Shown here: piece after piece, positions 25,956-38,590 of the stretch | Numbering within the stretch: position 1 is the first letter of the stretch | How the letters are laid out: each line of letters opens with the position of its first letter | DNA from: Mobula hypostoma | Taxonomy: Eukaryota | Direction: 5' to 3' | NCBI RefSeq assembly: GCF_963921235.1 | Contig: NC_086097.1 | Coordinates: 248,932,001-248,996,000, forward strand | DNA length: 64,000 nt | Position numbers and translations under genes: made by a program | The notes under the pieces: model-generated | The model's database searches: none | Told to the model about the DNA's origin: nothing | Seen by the model: the letters and a program-made list of their open reading frames with translations, nothing else

Positions 25956-26473
25956 ATTATATTAGTATTTTACAGCAAAGTCCCATCACTGGTGAGCTGA
26001 AAGTTCACGGACCCATAATCAGCTAGACCTGGGATTGATGCCTAAGATCAAAGTCCAACAGTCAACTGAAAATCCATGACTTAAAGCCCAATGGCTGAAG
26101 CCCTGAGTCTACAGGTCTGAAGGCCACTGGAGGAGTCAGAGGCCTGATGTCTCCGAGAGAGGCCTGAAGGCCCGGAGGTCTTTCCTGGCTTTCCTGGGTT
26201 TGCAGGACTGTCTATGTGGGTGGGGGGGGGGGGGGGAAACGGGACTTGTTTTGTTGCTGTTGTGTTTTGTGTTGTTCTGTCGGACATCGTGGACACGCTG
26301 TGTTGGCGCCGGAATGTGTGGTGACACTTGCAGGCCGCACCCCAGCACATCGTCAGGTTGCGTTGGTTGTTGATGCAAACGAAACAGTTCCCTGTACGTT
26401 TCGATGGATGCACACGTGATAAGTAAATCTGAATTGCTGAAATGGATGCTTCCTGAAATAGTGTTTGGGAAAC

Positions 26474-26702
26474 TGAAGCACCTTCAATTACTCCAAAAGA
26501 CTGAGGTTTGGTAAAATACTGAAAGGCTTTTATTCACTGTACAATACGACCTCCACAGTGAGTGTCTGCCCCCGGACTGAGGGGGAGGGGCAAGGCGAAC
26601 TCCTTTATACAGGACTCTGTGGGAGGAGCCACAGGGGCAGTCAGCAGAGGTGTGTGTCCGGACAGGTAACCGAATTACAACATATATACATGGTTTACCA
26701 CA
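26474..26702 (-). mobile_element. Short solo LTR (229 bp)
   Basis: TG...CA ends; perfect 5-bp TSD gaaac (26469-26473, 26703-26707); minus-strand tataaa followed by aataaa. Confidence 0.75.
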
Positions 26703-26869
26703 GAAACTAACCATAAGAGACCATTTGGCCCATCGAGTCTGCTCTGCCATTCTTGTGAGGAAGCAGGTTCACAGGTTTGGTAAGTGAGACAGGAGACACA
26801 GATTACGAAGAAGCACATGAACCATTTATTTATAAGTAAACAGAGAAACACTAAACCGGGAATCTAGTT

Positions 26870-27140
26870 AAACAATGCTACACAGTACCAGCGACCCAGG
26901 TTCAATTCCCACCGCTGCCTGTAAGGAGTTTGTACGTTCTCCCCGTGACCGAGTGGGTTTCCTCCGGGCTCCCATTTCCAGCCACAGTCCAAAGACACAC
27001 CGGTTAGTGGGTTAATTGGTCATTGTGAATTGACTCGTGATTACGCTAGGGTTAGATCAGAGCGTTGCTGGGCAGCACGGCTCCAAGGACCAGTAGGCCC
27101 CGTTCCACATTGTATCGCAATAAACAAATAAATAAATCAA
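26870..27140 (+). mobile_element. tRNA-derived V-SINE (HE1-like) copy
   Basis: B-box ggttcaattcc followed by V-domain-like ggagtttgtacgttctccccgtgacc..gtgggtttcctccggg; degenerate relatives near 33250, 33840, 38700, 53690(-) and 58190. Confidence 0.7.
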
Positions 27141-27254
27141 TAGCTGTGCCTATGTCATCGAGAGTCTGTCTTCAGGCTCCTGTACCTCAAAGTTAGATTA
27201 GATTCAACTCTATTGTCATTGTGCCAATTAAATGCAGTTAGCATCTAACCAGAA

Positions 27255-27690
27255 GTGCTTTGCGGTCCAATATGGGACGATTCCCATACCACACTGAGAT
27301 GCAGTTGGTGAGTATGCTCTCAATGGTACAGCGGTAAAAGTCCGTCAGTATCCTGGGACAGAGGTGAGCTTTCTTGATGCTCCGCAGGAAATAAAGGCAC
27401 TGTTGTGCCTTTTTGATCAGGATGGAGGAGTTCAGGGACCAGGTGAGATCATCGGAAATGTGGACACCAAGGAATTTGAAGCTTGATGCACGCTCCAGTA
27501 CAGCTCTGTTGATGTAGATGGGGACGTGAGTGTGACTCCTAGCATGCCTGAAGTCCAGAATGATTTCCTTGGTCTAGGTGTTAAGGGCCAGGTTGTTGTC
27601 AGCACACCACGTGGCCAGGTGCTGGACCTCGTCCCTGTAGGCCGTCTCGTCATCCCCTCTGATCAGACCAACCACCATGGTGTCGTCTGA
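27255..27690 (-). mobile_element. Rex/Babar-like RT fragment
   Basis: Minus-strand DDTTMVGLI..DDETAYRDEVQHL and FKFLGVHISDDLTWS-like motifs, with frameshifts. Confidence 0.75.
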
Positions 27691-28021
27691 TCAGAGTTCA
27701 AAGTACATATATGTACAGGTCACCACATACAACCCAGAGATTCATTTTCTTACAGGTGTTTACATGAAAATAAAGAAATCTGATAGAATTTATGAAAAAC
27801 TATAAATAACAAAAGACTGACAACCAATGTGCAAAATACAAATCACATAAACAATAAAATTAGTAAATAAAGTCTTTGAGAGTGACTCCACCCCATTGGT
27901 GGATGATCAACACAAACTCTGATTTACAGATACATACTGTACATCAAAGGGAATGAATGGCCTCCCCGTTCCACAACACTCACTTGTTAATGCTAACTTT
28001 CTGAATTGAACTTGTGTCTAG

Positions 28022-28122
28022 CTCCCAGCCTGAGCGCTGTGAAGGATGGCCTGACTCTGTTGGAACCCAAAGGAGAAGCTGGATCTGGAAGCGAAAGTCT
28101 TCACCATGACAAAGGCACCAAG
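28022..28122 (+). CDS. COL15A1: COL15A1-like exon D, hinge with GSG motif
   Basis: Acceptor ttgtgtctag, donor AAG|gtacct; 101 nt, phase 1-0. Reads (A)PSLSAVKDGLTLLEPKGEAGSGSESLHHDKGTK. Confidence 0.68.
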
Positions 28123-28691
28123 GTACCTACTAGACTGGAAATGGCAGTAGACAATCTCAGATCCTGCTCTCTCCCCCTCTGCTCGGCCCATTGCTTCAGC
28201 TCCCCATTCATCCTCCCCAACACCCCACTGTCCCCCTGGCCTCCTTCAGTGCCCGGGCCACCAGGCTAAAGAACTCTCCCCAAGCAGTAAGGCTGATCAG
28301 CACCTCCGCTCACTAACCCACCCCTCCACACCCCAACCACCACTCGTTTATCATTTCCCGTCAGTCACCCTATGCACAGATACTCCTGTGCATAGCATCA
28401 CAATCAATCTATGAATATAAGCTACCTTACGTATTTGTATAATGTGTGTTTTTATATTATTGTATTCTTGATCTTATTGTGTTTTTTGTGTTGTATCGGA
28501 TCCGTAGTAACACTGATTTCATTCTCCTTTACACTTCCGTTCTGAAAATGACACTAAACAATGTTGAATCTTGAAGGGAAGTTTCTAACCTGGCCTGTCG
28601 GAGGGCATTACAGGTGGGAGAGATTTCTCCCTAATTAATTTGAATGCAAATTATTTTTTGGGAGCTGGTTAGTTTTAAATGAATTAGAACT

Positions 28692-29352
28692 AGTCATAGT
28701 CATAGTCATACTTTATTGATCCCGGGGGAAATTGGTTTTCGTTACAGTTGCAGCATAAATAATAAATAGTAATAAAACCATAAATAGTTAAATAGTAATA
28801 TGTAAATTACTTATGCAGGAAATAAGTCCAGGACCAGACTATTGGCTCAGGGTGTCTGACCCTCCAAGGGAGGAGTTGTAAAGTTTGATGGCCACAGGCA
28901 GGAATGACTTCCTATGACGATCTGTGTTTCATCTCGGTGGAATGAGTCTCTGGCTGAATGTACTCCTGTGCCCACCCAGTACATTATGTAGTGGATGGGA
29001 GACATTGTCCAAGATGGCATGCAACTTGGACAGCATCCTCTTTTCAGACACCACCGTGAGAGAGTCCAGTTCCATCCCCACAACATCACTGGCTTTACGA
29101 ATGAGTTTGTTGATTCTGTTGGTGTCTGCTACCCTCAGCCTGCTGCCCCGGCACACAACAGCAAACATGATAGCACTGGCCACCACAGACTCGTAGAACA
29201 TCCTCAGCATCGTCCGGCAGATGTTAAAGGACCTCACTCTCCTCAGGAAATAGAGACGGCTCTGACCCTTCTTGTAGGCAGCCTCAGTGTTCTTTGACCA
29301 GTCCAGTTTATTGTCAATTCGTATCCCCAGGTATTTGTAATCCTCCACCACT
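28692..29352 (-). mobile_element. Rex/Babar-like non-LTR 3' end
   Basis: YKYLGIRIDNKLDWSKNT..QSRLYFLRR; (agtcat)n tail at 28692-28710. Confidence 0.88.
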
Positions 29353-29644
29353 GCCCTGTATCTAAATAGAACATTGAACACTACAGCTCGGTACAGGCCC
29401 TTCAGCCCACTATGGTGTACTGACCTTTTAACCTGCTCTAAAATCATTCTAACTCTTCCTTCCTACATAACCCTCCATTTTTCTATCAGCCATGTGCCTA
29501 TCTACTGATATACTAACTTACTGCTGGTTACGTCACTGGTGTTTGGGGCAGTAAGGAAGGTTCCCCATCTCTGGTGGTGTTCAGGGCTTCCTTCATCGTG
29601 TCAGTAGCTTCCTCTCCGTTTTCACTACTGTCAGTCATGCAGGA

Positions 29645-30212
29645 CAATAGACAATAGGTGCAGGAGTAGGCCATTCGGCCCTTCGAGCCAGCACCGCCAT
29701 TCACTGTGATCATGGCTGATCATCCACAATCAGTATCCAGTTCCTGCCTTATCCCCATAACCTTTGATTCCGCTATCTTGAAGAGCTCTATCCATCTCTT
29801 TCTTGAAGTATCCAGAGACTTGGCCTCCACAGCCTTCTGGGGCAGAGCATTCCATATATCCACCACTCTCCGGGTGAAAAAGTTTTTCCTCAACTCCGTT
29901 CTAAATGGCCTACCCCTTATTCTTAAACTATGGCCTCTGGTTCTGGACTCACCCATCAGTGGGAACATGCTTCCTGCCTCCAGCGTGTCCAATCCCTTAA
30001 TAATCTTATTTGTTTCAATAAGATCCCCTCTCAGCCTTCTAAATTCCAGAGTATACAAGCCCAGTCACTCCAATCTTTCGACATATGACAGTCCTGCCAT
30101 CCCGGGCATTAACCTTGTGAACCTACGCTGCACTCCCTCAATAGCAAGAATGTCCTTCCTCAAATTTGGAGACCAAAACTGCACACAATACTCCAGGTGT
30201 GGTCTCACCAGG
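29645..30212 (-). mobile_element. CR1 LINE 3' end
   Basis: ORF 29720-30058 (LEFRRLRGDLIE...FFTRRVVDIWN) and (acaatag)n tail. Confidence 0.88.
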
Positions 30213-32459
30213 TGGAGACTCAGGAATACCGTCACACTCAGATGTAGAAGGACTCTTCATTGCTGTTTCTGCGGCAATTTTGTCCTGCCTGTTGGGGTTG
30301 TTAGCCCTGAGCTCTTTATGCTCCTGGTGTTTCTGCTTGCACCACCACCTCCCACTTATTTCATGCACTTGTCCCTCTCTGTGTGAAAAAACTGTGTCTG
30401 ACATTCCCACCCCACATTCCCCCCAATCACATTGAAAGTATATCTCCTCCCAGGCCAAGGCCACCCTGGGAACCCTGAGATATCTAAATCCACAGCACCG
30501 GAAGACACGCAGATGCTTACAAGATGCACACCATGACTTAAAGCCAAAGTACTCATCTGGTGTAACAGGCACACTCACACCAGCTCAAAATTGTTAATCC
30601 ACGTCATGGCTCAAGTGAATCGGTTCAACGTTCAAAGTAAGTTTATTATCAAAGTGCATACAGTATATATAACCGTACACAACCCTGAGGTTCATTGTTA
30701 TATACACTGTAAATCCAAGAAACACAATAGATTCAATGGAAGACCGCACCCAATAGGACTAACAAGCAACCATTGTACAAAAGAAACGAAACGTACAAAT
30801 ACAAAAAGAAATAAATAATAATAAAATAAATAAGGAGTAAATATTGAGAACATGAGATGAAGAGCCCATAGGTTGTGGGAACAGTTCAGTGACTTATCCC
30901 CTCTGGTTCAAGAGCCTGAAGATTGAGGGGTAATAACTGTTCCTGAACCTGGTGGTGTTAGTCCTGAGGCTCCTGTACCTTCTCCCTGATGGCAGCAGTG
31001 AGAAGAGAGCATGGTCTGAGTGGTGGGGGTCCCTGATGATGACTGCTGCTTTCCTGCGACAATACTTTGTCTACTTTTTACTTTATCGTCGCCAAACAAT
31101 TGATACTAGAACGTAAATCATCACAGCGATATTTGATTCTGCACTTCCCGCTCCCTGGATTACAAATCAATATTAAATATTAGAAATTTAAATTATAAAT
31201 CATAAATAGAAAATAGAAAAGGGAAAGTAAGGTAGTGCAAAAAAACCGAGAGGCAGGTCCGGATATTTGGAGGGTATGGCCGAGTTCCAGGTCAGGATCC
31301 GTTCAGCAGTCTTATCACAGTTGGAAAGAAGCTGTTCCCAAATCTGACCGTACGAGTCTTCAAGCTCCTGAGCGTTCTCCCGGAGGGAAGAGGGACAAAA
31401 AGTGTGTTGGCTGGGTGGGTCGTGTCCTTGATTATCCTGGCAGCACTGCTCCGACAGCATGCAGATGTGCTCATTGGTGGGGAGAGCTTTACCGTGATGG
31501 ACTGGGCCGTACCCACTACTTTTTTAAGATTTTCCATTCAAAAGCATTGGCGTTTCCATACCAAGCCATGATACAACCAGTCAATATACTCTCCACCACA
31601 CATCTATAGAAGATTGTTGAAGTTTTAGATGTCATGCCGAATCTTTGTAAAATTCTCAGTAAGTAAGGGCACTGTCGTGCTTTCAGAGTCAGGAGAACGT
31701 GTCATGAAATGTGAGAACGTGCTAACAGTCATGAAATGTGTTGGCTTTCTGGCAAGACAGAAGAAAAGTAACGATAAACAATGAAATAAATATAGCATTA
31801 GAGGAATAGTGAGGGCTCAGGGGCTGTTCAGAAATCTAACAGCAGAGGGGAAAAGCTCTTCCTGAATCATTGAGTGTGCAGCTCCTTTCCGCTGGTAGCA
31901 AGGAGGGCATGTCCTGGGTGATGGGAGTCTTTAGTGACAGCCTGAGAGGTAAATCTAATCCAACAACAAGTGCATTAATACCCCTGTGAAGGGGTGCAAG
32001 CTTTGTGTGGTGATTGAAGGGAGATTTTCTTTTGAAGAACTGAAAATATTGAAAATCCAAAACAAAAGCAGGTACTGCTGGAAACCCTGTAACGGGTGAG
32101 GTGGCATCTGTGGGTCGAGAGGCAGTTAACATTTTAGCAGTAAGACCCTTGGTCAGGAAAGGGTGTTGTTGTAGTTTGTCTCCCTCTGGTGGCAGACAGC
32201 TGAACTGACGCCCAACCTGGAAGAGAGTTTTTTTAAAAAGTGAATGTAGATTAAAAGACTAATGTGCACAGCATTTATTTCAACACACACACACAAAATG
32301 CTGGAGGAACTCAGCAGGCCAGGCAGCATCTATGAAAATGAATAAACGGTTAACCTTTCGGGCTGAGACCCATCTTCAGGAATGAGAAGGAAGGGCGGAG
32401 ACACCAGAATAAAAAGGAAGCTAGCTAGAAGGTGACGGGTGAAGCTGGGCAAGTGGAAA

Positions 32460-32797
32460 CCTCCAACAGGATCACAACCTCATCGTTGGGTTTGGAGGCT
32501 CGTGTGCCTCAATGATCCAGAGATCTATACTGGCTGGAGTCAGGGCTTTATGCTTTGGCTCTTGGTAGGTCACCCATGCCAAACAGGTCAAAGGGCAGAG
32601 GCCAGACTAAGAGTGGTCCACCAATCCACTAGGTTCAGGGGTTCCGCTCAGGGCTAACAGCCCTGACTAGTCGAACAAAACTGTTACGTAAACAGCAATG
32701 AAGAATCCTTCTACGTCAGAGAGCGACAGCATGAACAGACAGAGATGGACTGGCATTGCTGCCCTAGATGCCAGCAGCGTCACGGGCAGTAATAGTA
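32460..32797 (+). mobile_element. RTE-type (Rex3/Expander-like 5'UTR) non-autonomous element inserted in a Penelope fragment
   Basis: 5' gtgcctcaatgatcc..agctat..ctcttggtaggtcacccatg resembles RTE 5'UTRs; (agta)-like tail; related 3' ends at about 29515-29640(-) and 47595-47810(-). Confidence 0.55.
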
Positions 32798-33984
32798 ACA
32801 AATAATAGATGAGGGAAAAAGATAAAGGGCTGAAGAGGAAGGAATCTGATAGGAGAGGGGAGTGGACCAGAGGAGAAAGGGACCCAGGAGCAGATGAGAA
32901 GAGATAAAGGACCAGAGTGGGGAATAGAAGTGAGGGGAAGGGAAAAAACTTTTTACCAAGAGGAGAAATCGATGTTCATGCCATCAGGTTGGAGGCTACC
33001 CAGACAGCTGCTCCTCCACCCTGAGGGTTCCTCACCTTGGCACAAGAGGCTGTGGACCAACATTTATTTCATTTTTTTTTACTGGAAATTAGAGTATCTT
33101 CTTATGTCTTGCTCAGTTTTATATTGTGCATTACAGTTCCAGGATTAAATCGCCAGTAATGGGACTCACTTAGCCTCCGCCATCCCTGCATTCACGTATG
33201 CAGCATGACCAGGTTCCCAAGTCGGTGGCCTCGCTGAGGTTTGTAGGGAGCCACGGCGGTGTAGTGGTTAGCACAATGACAGACTGGGGCATTCCGGAGT
33301 AGGGAGTTCGGACCCGGCCTTGTCCCGCAAGGAGTCACAGAAGCTGGGAGGCGATAAGAGGAGGAGACAAAGGGCTGAGGGGAACGAATTTCATAGGAAA
33401 GGAGAGTGGATCAAGTTTTCCTGGATCCCAGATGTCCTCACTTTCCAAATAAAATTTTAGATTACTTTGATTATTTCTATATCATCTTTCAATAAATGTT
33501 ACTCCTAGGTGTCCTGAGGACTGAAATTGCCCAGAAAATGCAGTCAGTCATCCAGGAACCAGCCCACGTCATGAATCACCTTGGAAACGTCGGCCACTAA
33601 CACCGAAAACATCCCAACTATTTTAACAACAGCTTTCTATTCTTGGTGAACCATTACAGTTAACTTGCCTTCATTTTAATATTTTGCTTATAAACAGAGT
33701 GTCCATGAACACAAATCTGCATAATTTACAAACAGACTTCAACTTTGCACCTTCTACAGGCCCCATCCTTATTAATTTCATTTACCATGATACATCTCGG
33801 TAACAGGCCATTCTGGGCCAATGACCCCACGCCACCCAAGTAGCAGTTAATGTGACGCTATTACAGTTCGAAGCGTTCCAGAGCTCAGAGTTCAATTCCA
33901 GCATCGAGTCTCTGGACGTCCTCCCTGTGGAATGTGTAGGTTTCCTCCCACTCCTTCCATTTCCTCCCAGAGTCCGAAGCTCTG

Positions 33985-34517
33985 CAAAACTCTGGTTAGG
34001 CCACACTTGGAGTACTGTGTCCAGTTCTGGTCACCTCACTATAGGAAGGATGTGGAAGCATTGGAAAGGGTACAGAGGAGATTTACCAGGATGCTGCCTG
34101 GTTTAGAGAGTATGCATTATGATCAGAGATTAAGGGAGCTAGAGCTTTACTCTTTGGAGAGAAGGAGGATGAGAGGAGACATGATAGAGGTGTACAAGAT
34201 AATAAGAGGAATAGATAGAGTGGATAGCCAGCGCCTCTTCCCCAGGACACCACTGCTCAATACAAGAGGACATGGCTTTAAGATAAGGGGTGGGAAGTTC
34301 AAGGGGGATATTAGAGGAAGGTTTTTTACTCAGAGAGTGGTTGGTGTGTGGAATGCACTGCCTGAGTCAGTGGTGGAGGCAGATACACTAGTGAAGTTTA
34401 AGAGACTACTAGACAGGTATGTGGAGGAATTTAAGGTGGGGGGTTATATGGGAGGCAGGGTTTGAGGGTCAGCACAACATTGTGGGCCGAAGGGCCTGTA
34501 CTATTCTATGTTCTATG
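33985..34517 (+). mobile_element. Young CR1 LINE 3' end
   Basis: ORF to 34465 nearly identical to 20043-20816; ttctatg tail. Confidence 0.92.
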
Positions 34518-34519
34518 TA

Positions 34520-35370
34520 CTGGATAGTTTAATTGGCAGGACAGCAACTCCTGGAAAGGCACAATTGGGAAGGAAGTTGTTGGCACCATCAACTCCATTG
34601 GAGTGCTCTTACTCTCCAAGTGTGCTGAACATGCCCTGACCATCACCAACACCCTGTTCCACCAGAGTAATAAGGTGAAAACCGTGTGGATGCATCCCTG
34701 TTCAAAGACTTGGCATGTTACAGATGATATCATTGTTCAGAGGAGGGAACGCAGAGATGTAAACAGTACAGGAGCCGTGATCAGTGCTGATGGTGGCTAG
34801 ACAGACCGACGGCTTATTCACTCACCTCCAAAATCATGCGGAGGAGTAGAGTGCAAAAGAAGTTGAGCCGTCCCAGATTCACCATCGAGAGCCTAAAAGA
34901 CACAGTGAAGGTACAACACCTGCAGGCTGCCCTTTCTAAAAGACTCCCAAAGCAGCGTCCAGAGGACATCGAAGCTCACATGACCACACTGAAGGCCACT
35001 GTCCTTGATACTTGTAAAAACATCATTGGATACAAGACAGGAAAAACAAAGACTGGTTTGATGAAAAGGACAATGAAATAGAGGAGGAAATAAACAACGA
35101 AGGAAAGTTTGCCTGGCAGAGGACATCAAACGCAAGACAAAATGAGAAGCCCACTCCAAAGCTAAGGCCATAGTCCAGCGTAGCGTGAGGAAAATACAGA
35201 GTCAGTGGTGGACTGAGAGGCCCCAGAAATACAGCAGCTTGTTCACTCTGGTGCTATCAGGAGTTTCTTTACTGCCACCAAGGCAGTGTATTATGGCCTA
35301 ACCACCAAACCATTATGGCCTGAACCCCCTTTGCTCCAAAGGCTGCTAAAAGACAATGATGCCAGACTAG
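34520..35370 (+). mobile_element. Decayed RTE-clade LINE endonuclease/linker fragment
   Basis: LLLSKCAEHALTITNTLFHQ..KTVWMHPCSKTWH matches the RTE/BovB-type N.NG..LL..C....L.ITNT.F..WMHPRSK.WH motif. Confidence 0.85.
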
Positions 35371-35527
35371 ACTGGAGGCTAAGGTGTAACATTTTAGGGG
35401 AATCTGGGGGTTAACTTCACTCAGAGGGTGGTGAGGCTGTGGACTGAGCTGTCAATGCAAGTGGCAGGGTGCAGGTTCAATTTCAACATTTAAGGGAAGT
35501 TTTGGTAAGTACTTGGAGGGGAGGGAG

Positions 35528-36372
35528 CATAGTCATAGTCATACTTTATTGATAGTGGGGGAAACTGGTTTTCGTTATAGTTGCACCATAAATAATAAAT
35601 AGTAATAAAACCAAGAATAGTTGAATAGTAATATGTAAATTATGCCAGGAAATTATGAAATAAGTCCAGGATCAGCCTATTGGCTCAGGGTTTCTGACCT
35701 TCCAAGGGAGGAGTTGTAAAGTTTGATGGCCACAGGCAGGAATGACTTCCCATGTCGCTCCGTGCTGTATCTCGGTGGAATGAGTCTCTGGCTGAATGTA
35801 CTCCTGTGCCCAACCAGTACATTATGTAGTGGATGGGAGACATTGACCAAGATGGCATGCAACTTAGACAGCATCCTCTTTTCAGACAGCTCCATGAGAG
35901 AGTCCAGTTCCATCCCCACAACATCACTGGCCTTACGAATGAGTTTGTTGATTCTGTTGGTGTCTGCTACCCTCAGCCTGCTGTCCCAGCACACAACAGC
36001 AAACATAATAGCACTGGCCACCACAGAACATCCTCAGCATCGTCCGGCAGATGCTAAAGGACCTGAGTCTCGTCAGGAAGTAGAGACGGCTCTGACCCTT
36101 CTTGTAGACAGCCTCAGTGTTCTTTGACCAGTCCAGTTTATTGCCAATTCGTATCCCCAGGTATTTGTAATCCTCCACCATGTCCACACTGACCCCCTGG
36201 ATGGAAACAGGGGTCACCGGTACCTTAGCTCTCCTCAGGTCTACCACCAGCTCCTTAGTCTTATTCACATTAAGCTGCAGATAATTCTGCTCACACCATG
36301 TGACAAAGTTTCCTACCGTAGCCCTGTACTCAGCCTCATCTCCCGTGCTGATGCATCCAACTATGGCAGAGG
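35528..36372 (-). mobile_element. Rex/Babar-like non-LTR 3' portion
   Basis: NKTKELVVDLRR..YKYLGIRI; (atagtc)n tail at 35528-35543; same family as the copy at 28692. Confidence 0.88.
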
Positions 36373-36920
36373 GCTATGGTCAAGGTGCAGGTCAGTAGAA
36401 CTAGGCAGATGATCCGACAGGCAGGGACTAGATGGGCCAAAAGACCTGTTTCTTTGCTGAAGCACTCCATGACTCTACACGTTCCTCATGGAATGTTTGA
36501 TTCCGTTCTTTCCTGTGTCACCACTAGATGGGGGTAGATGTCACTACATCTCTGACTCAGCGAGACCGAATGCAGTTATCAGAATCAGTGACCGACTACA
36601 GTGACACGACAGTGCAACACACGAAAATTACTACACGTTATAAAAATAAATCATTCGTTATGCGTCATGTCGTATGATGTAGACAATCATGGTCTTTACA
36701 TGACCAGGATTGTTCTGGGCAAATTTTTCTACAAAAGTGGTTTGCCATTGACTTCTTCTGGGCAATGACTTTACAAGACTTTACAACCATCATCAATACT
36801 CTTCAGAGACTGTCTGCCTGGCGTCAGTGGTTTTGCGTAACAAGGGCTCGTAATATGCACCACCTGCTCATACGGCCATCCACCACCCCGATCAGAGGGG
36901 CTAAACAGGTGCTACACCTT

Positions 36921-37248
36921 CACAAACACAAGAAAAATGTGCAGAGGCTGGAAATTCAAGCAACACACATATAAAATGCTGGTGAACGCAGCAGGCCAGG
37001 CAGCATCTCTAGGAAGAGGTACAGTCGACGTTTCGGGCCGAGACCCTTCGTCAGGACTAACTGAAAGAAGAGATAGTAAGAGATTTGAAAGTGGGAGGGG
37101 AAGGGGGAGATACGAAATGATAGGAGAAGACAGGAGGGGGAGGGATGGAGCCAAGAGCTGGACAGGTGATTGGCAAAAGGGATACTAGGCTGGAGAAGGG
37201 AGAGGATCATGGGGCGGGAGGCCTAGGGAGAAAGGAAGGGGGAGGGAG
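36921..37248 (-). mobile_element. Penelope-like terminal repeat insertion with 14-bp TSD
   Basis: TSD aggtgctacacctt at 36907-36920 and 37249-37262. Confidence 0.82.
37022..37060 (-). ncRNA. Minimal type I hammerhead ribozyme motif (intact core)
   Basis: Minus strand tagtc-CTGACGA-a-ggg tctcgg ccc-GAAA-cgtc-gactg: stem I tagtc/gactg, stem II ggg/ccc, palindromic ACGT helix III, GUC cleavage triplet. Confidence 0.75.
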
Positions 37249-37994
37249 AGGTGCTACACCTTGCCCAAGGGTGACCTGCAGGCTGGCGGAGGGAAGGAGC
37301 CCGGTGTATCTCCTTTGACAGAGTCCTATCTCCACCCCACTGCCCACAAACAATAAGTAAATAAATAATAAAGAGGGTATCTGAGGTAGTGATCATGGGT
37401 TATTGAGCTGTTCAGAAACTTGATGGCAGAGAGGAAAGCACTGCTGGTGAATCACTTGAGTGTATGTTCTATACCTCCTTGCCGATGGAAAATAAAGGGT
37501 TTTCTTGGATGGATGCCACCTTCTTGAGGCAACACCTCCTAAGTTTGTGCTTGGAGGTGGGAGGGTGGGGGTTGTGCCTGTGATGGAGCCGGCTAAGCCT
37601 ACAATCCTCTGCAGCCTCTTGAGCTCCTCTGCACTGGGGCCTCCACATCAGCCGGTGGTGGAACAGGCAGAGCGCTCTGCACCCTACATCGGCAGAAATC
37701 CGTCAGCGTCCTTGGTGACTTTCCAAACTTCTTCAAGCTCCGCAGGCGTGACTTAAACAGTGAGGGTTAGCTTTAAGCAGGGCACGCCGGATGTCAGCGG
37801 TACCCGCTCGGCACGTGGCTTCTCCACAGCTGGCATGAATGTGAGTAGGGGAAGGGATTTCAGAACTGGACATGTTTACCCTCCCGGGCGGCGTGTTTGA
37901 CACTTTCTCAGTTGTTATCAGAATCAGGTTTTACATCACCGGCATATTGTCATAAAATTTGTTGTTTTTCCACAGCAGTACATTACGATACATG

Positions 37995-38513
37995 TGTAGC
38001 CTGGGGTAAGGTACACACTCGGGACTACAAATACTTTTTCGAGTTTTAATTCCTTTATCTGTTTTAGATGTTTAAGTGCCAGAAGAGGGTCACAAAACAA
38101 AGCGAACAAATTTACAACCAGTTCTTGCCGTTACAATCTCAGTTTAACTTTCGATCCACACCCTTGTGTACGGACAAAATTGCGTATGCAGTATAAAAAA
38201 TACCAGAACTAATACGGTAGTGGGAATTCTACTTGGCTGGTGAGGAACTTAGCATAAGCCACGCGATCCAGTGTCAATTCATTTACTTGAGAAAATCTTT
38301 CCTCACCATGCCCAGACTCGGGGAGGAACTCAATTCCAACGCCCCACCAGCATCTTCAGCAGGAAACAAAATGGTCTCCCACTATCCCGCCCGTGCGTAT
38401 TGACATCACCATCTCCCCTTAAAGGCACAGACAACTATTCTAGCATTACCCGGATGGATGCCTAAATACACTTTTAACAATACTGAATAAGATCCGACAG
38501 TCACCCGATTACA
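37995..38513. mobile_element. Possible solo LTR
   Basis: tgta...taca ends interrupting an AT-rich repeat tail; TSD unconvincing (catg/tata). Confidence 0.35.
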
Positions 38514-38541
38514 TATAAGAATAAAAAAAAACTACATTACA

Positions 38542-38545
<4 letters not shown>

Positions 38546-38590
<45 letters not shown>
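38546..38590. repeat. (TA)n microsatellite
   Basis: Directly visible dinucleotide run. Confidence 0.95.

Noticed and set aside
26870..26920. tRNA gene
   Set aside because: Only a B-box remnant continuing into a SINE body; no cloverleaf.
33509..33600. Possible extra exon after actcctag (GVLRTEIAQKMQSVIQEP...)
   Set aside because: Stop codon in the required phase 0; the open phase ends in TAA with no donor.
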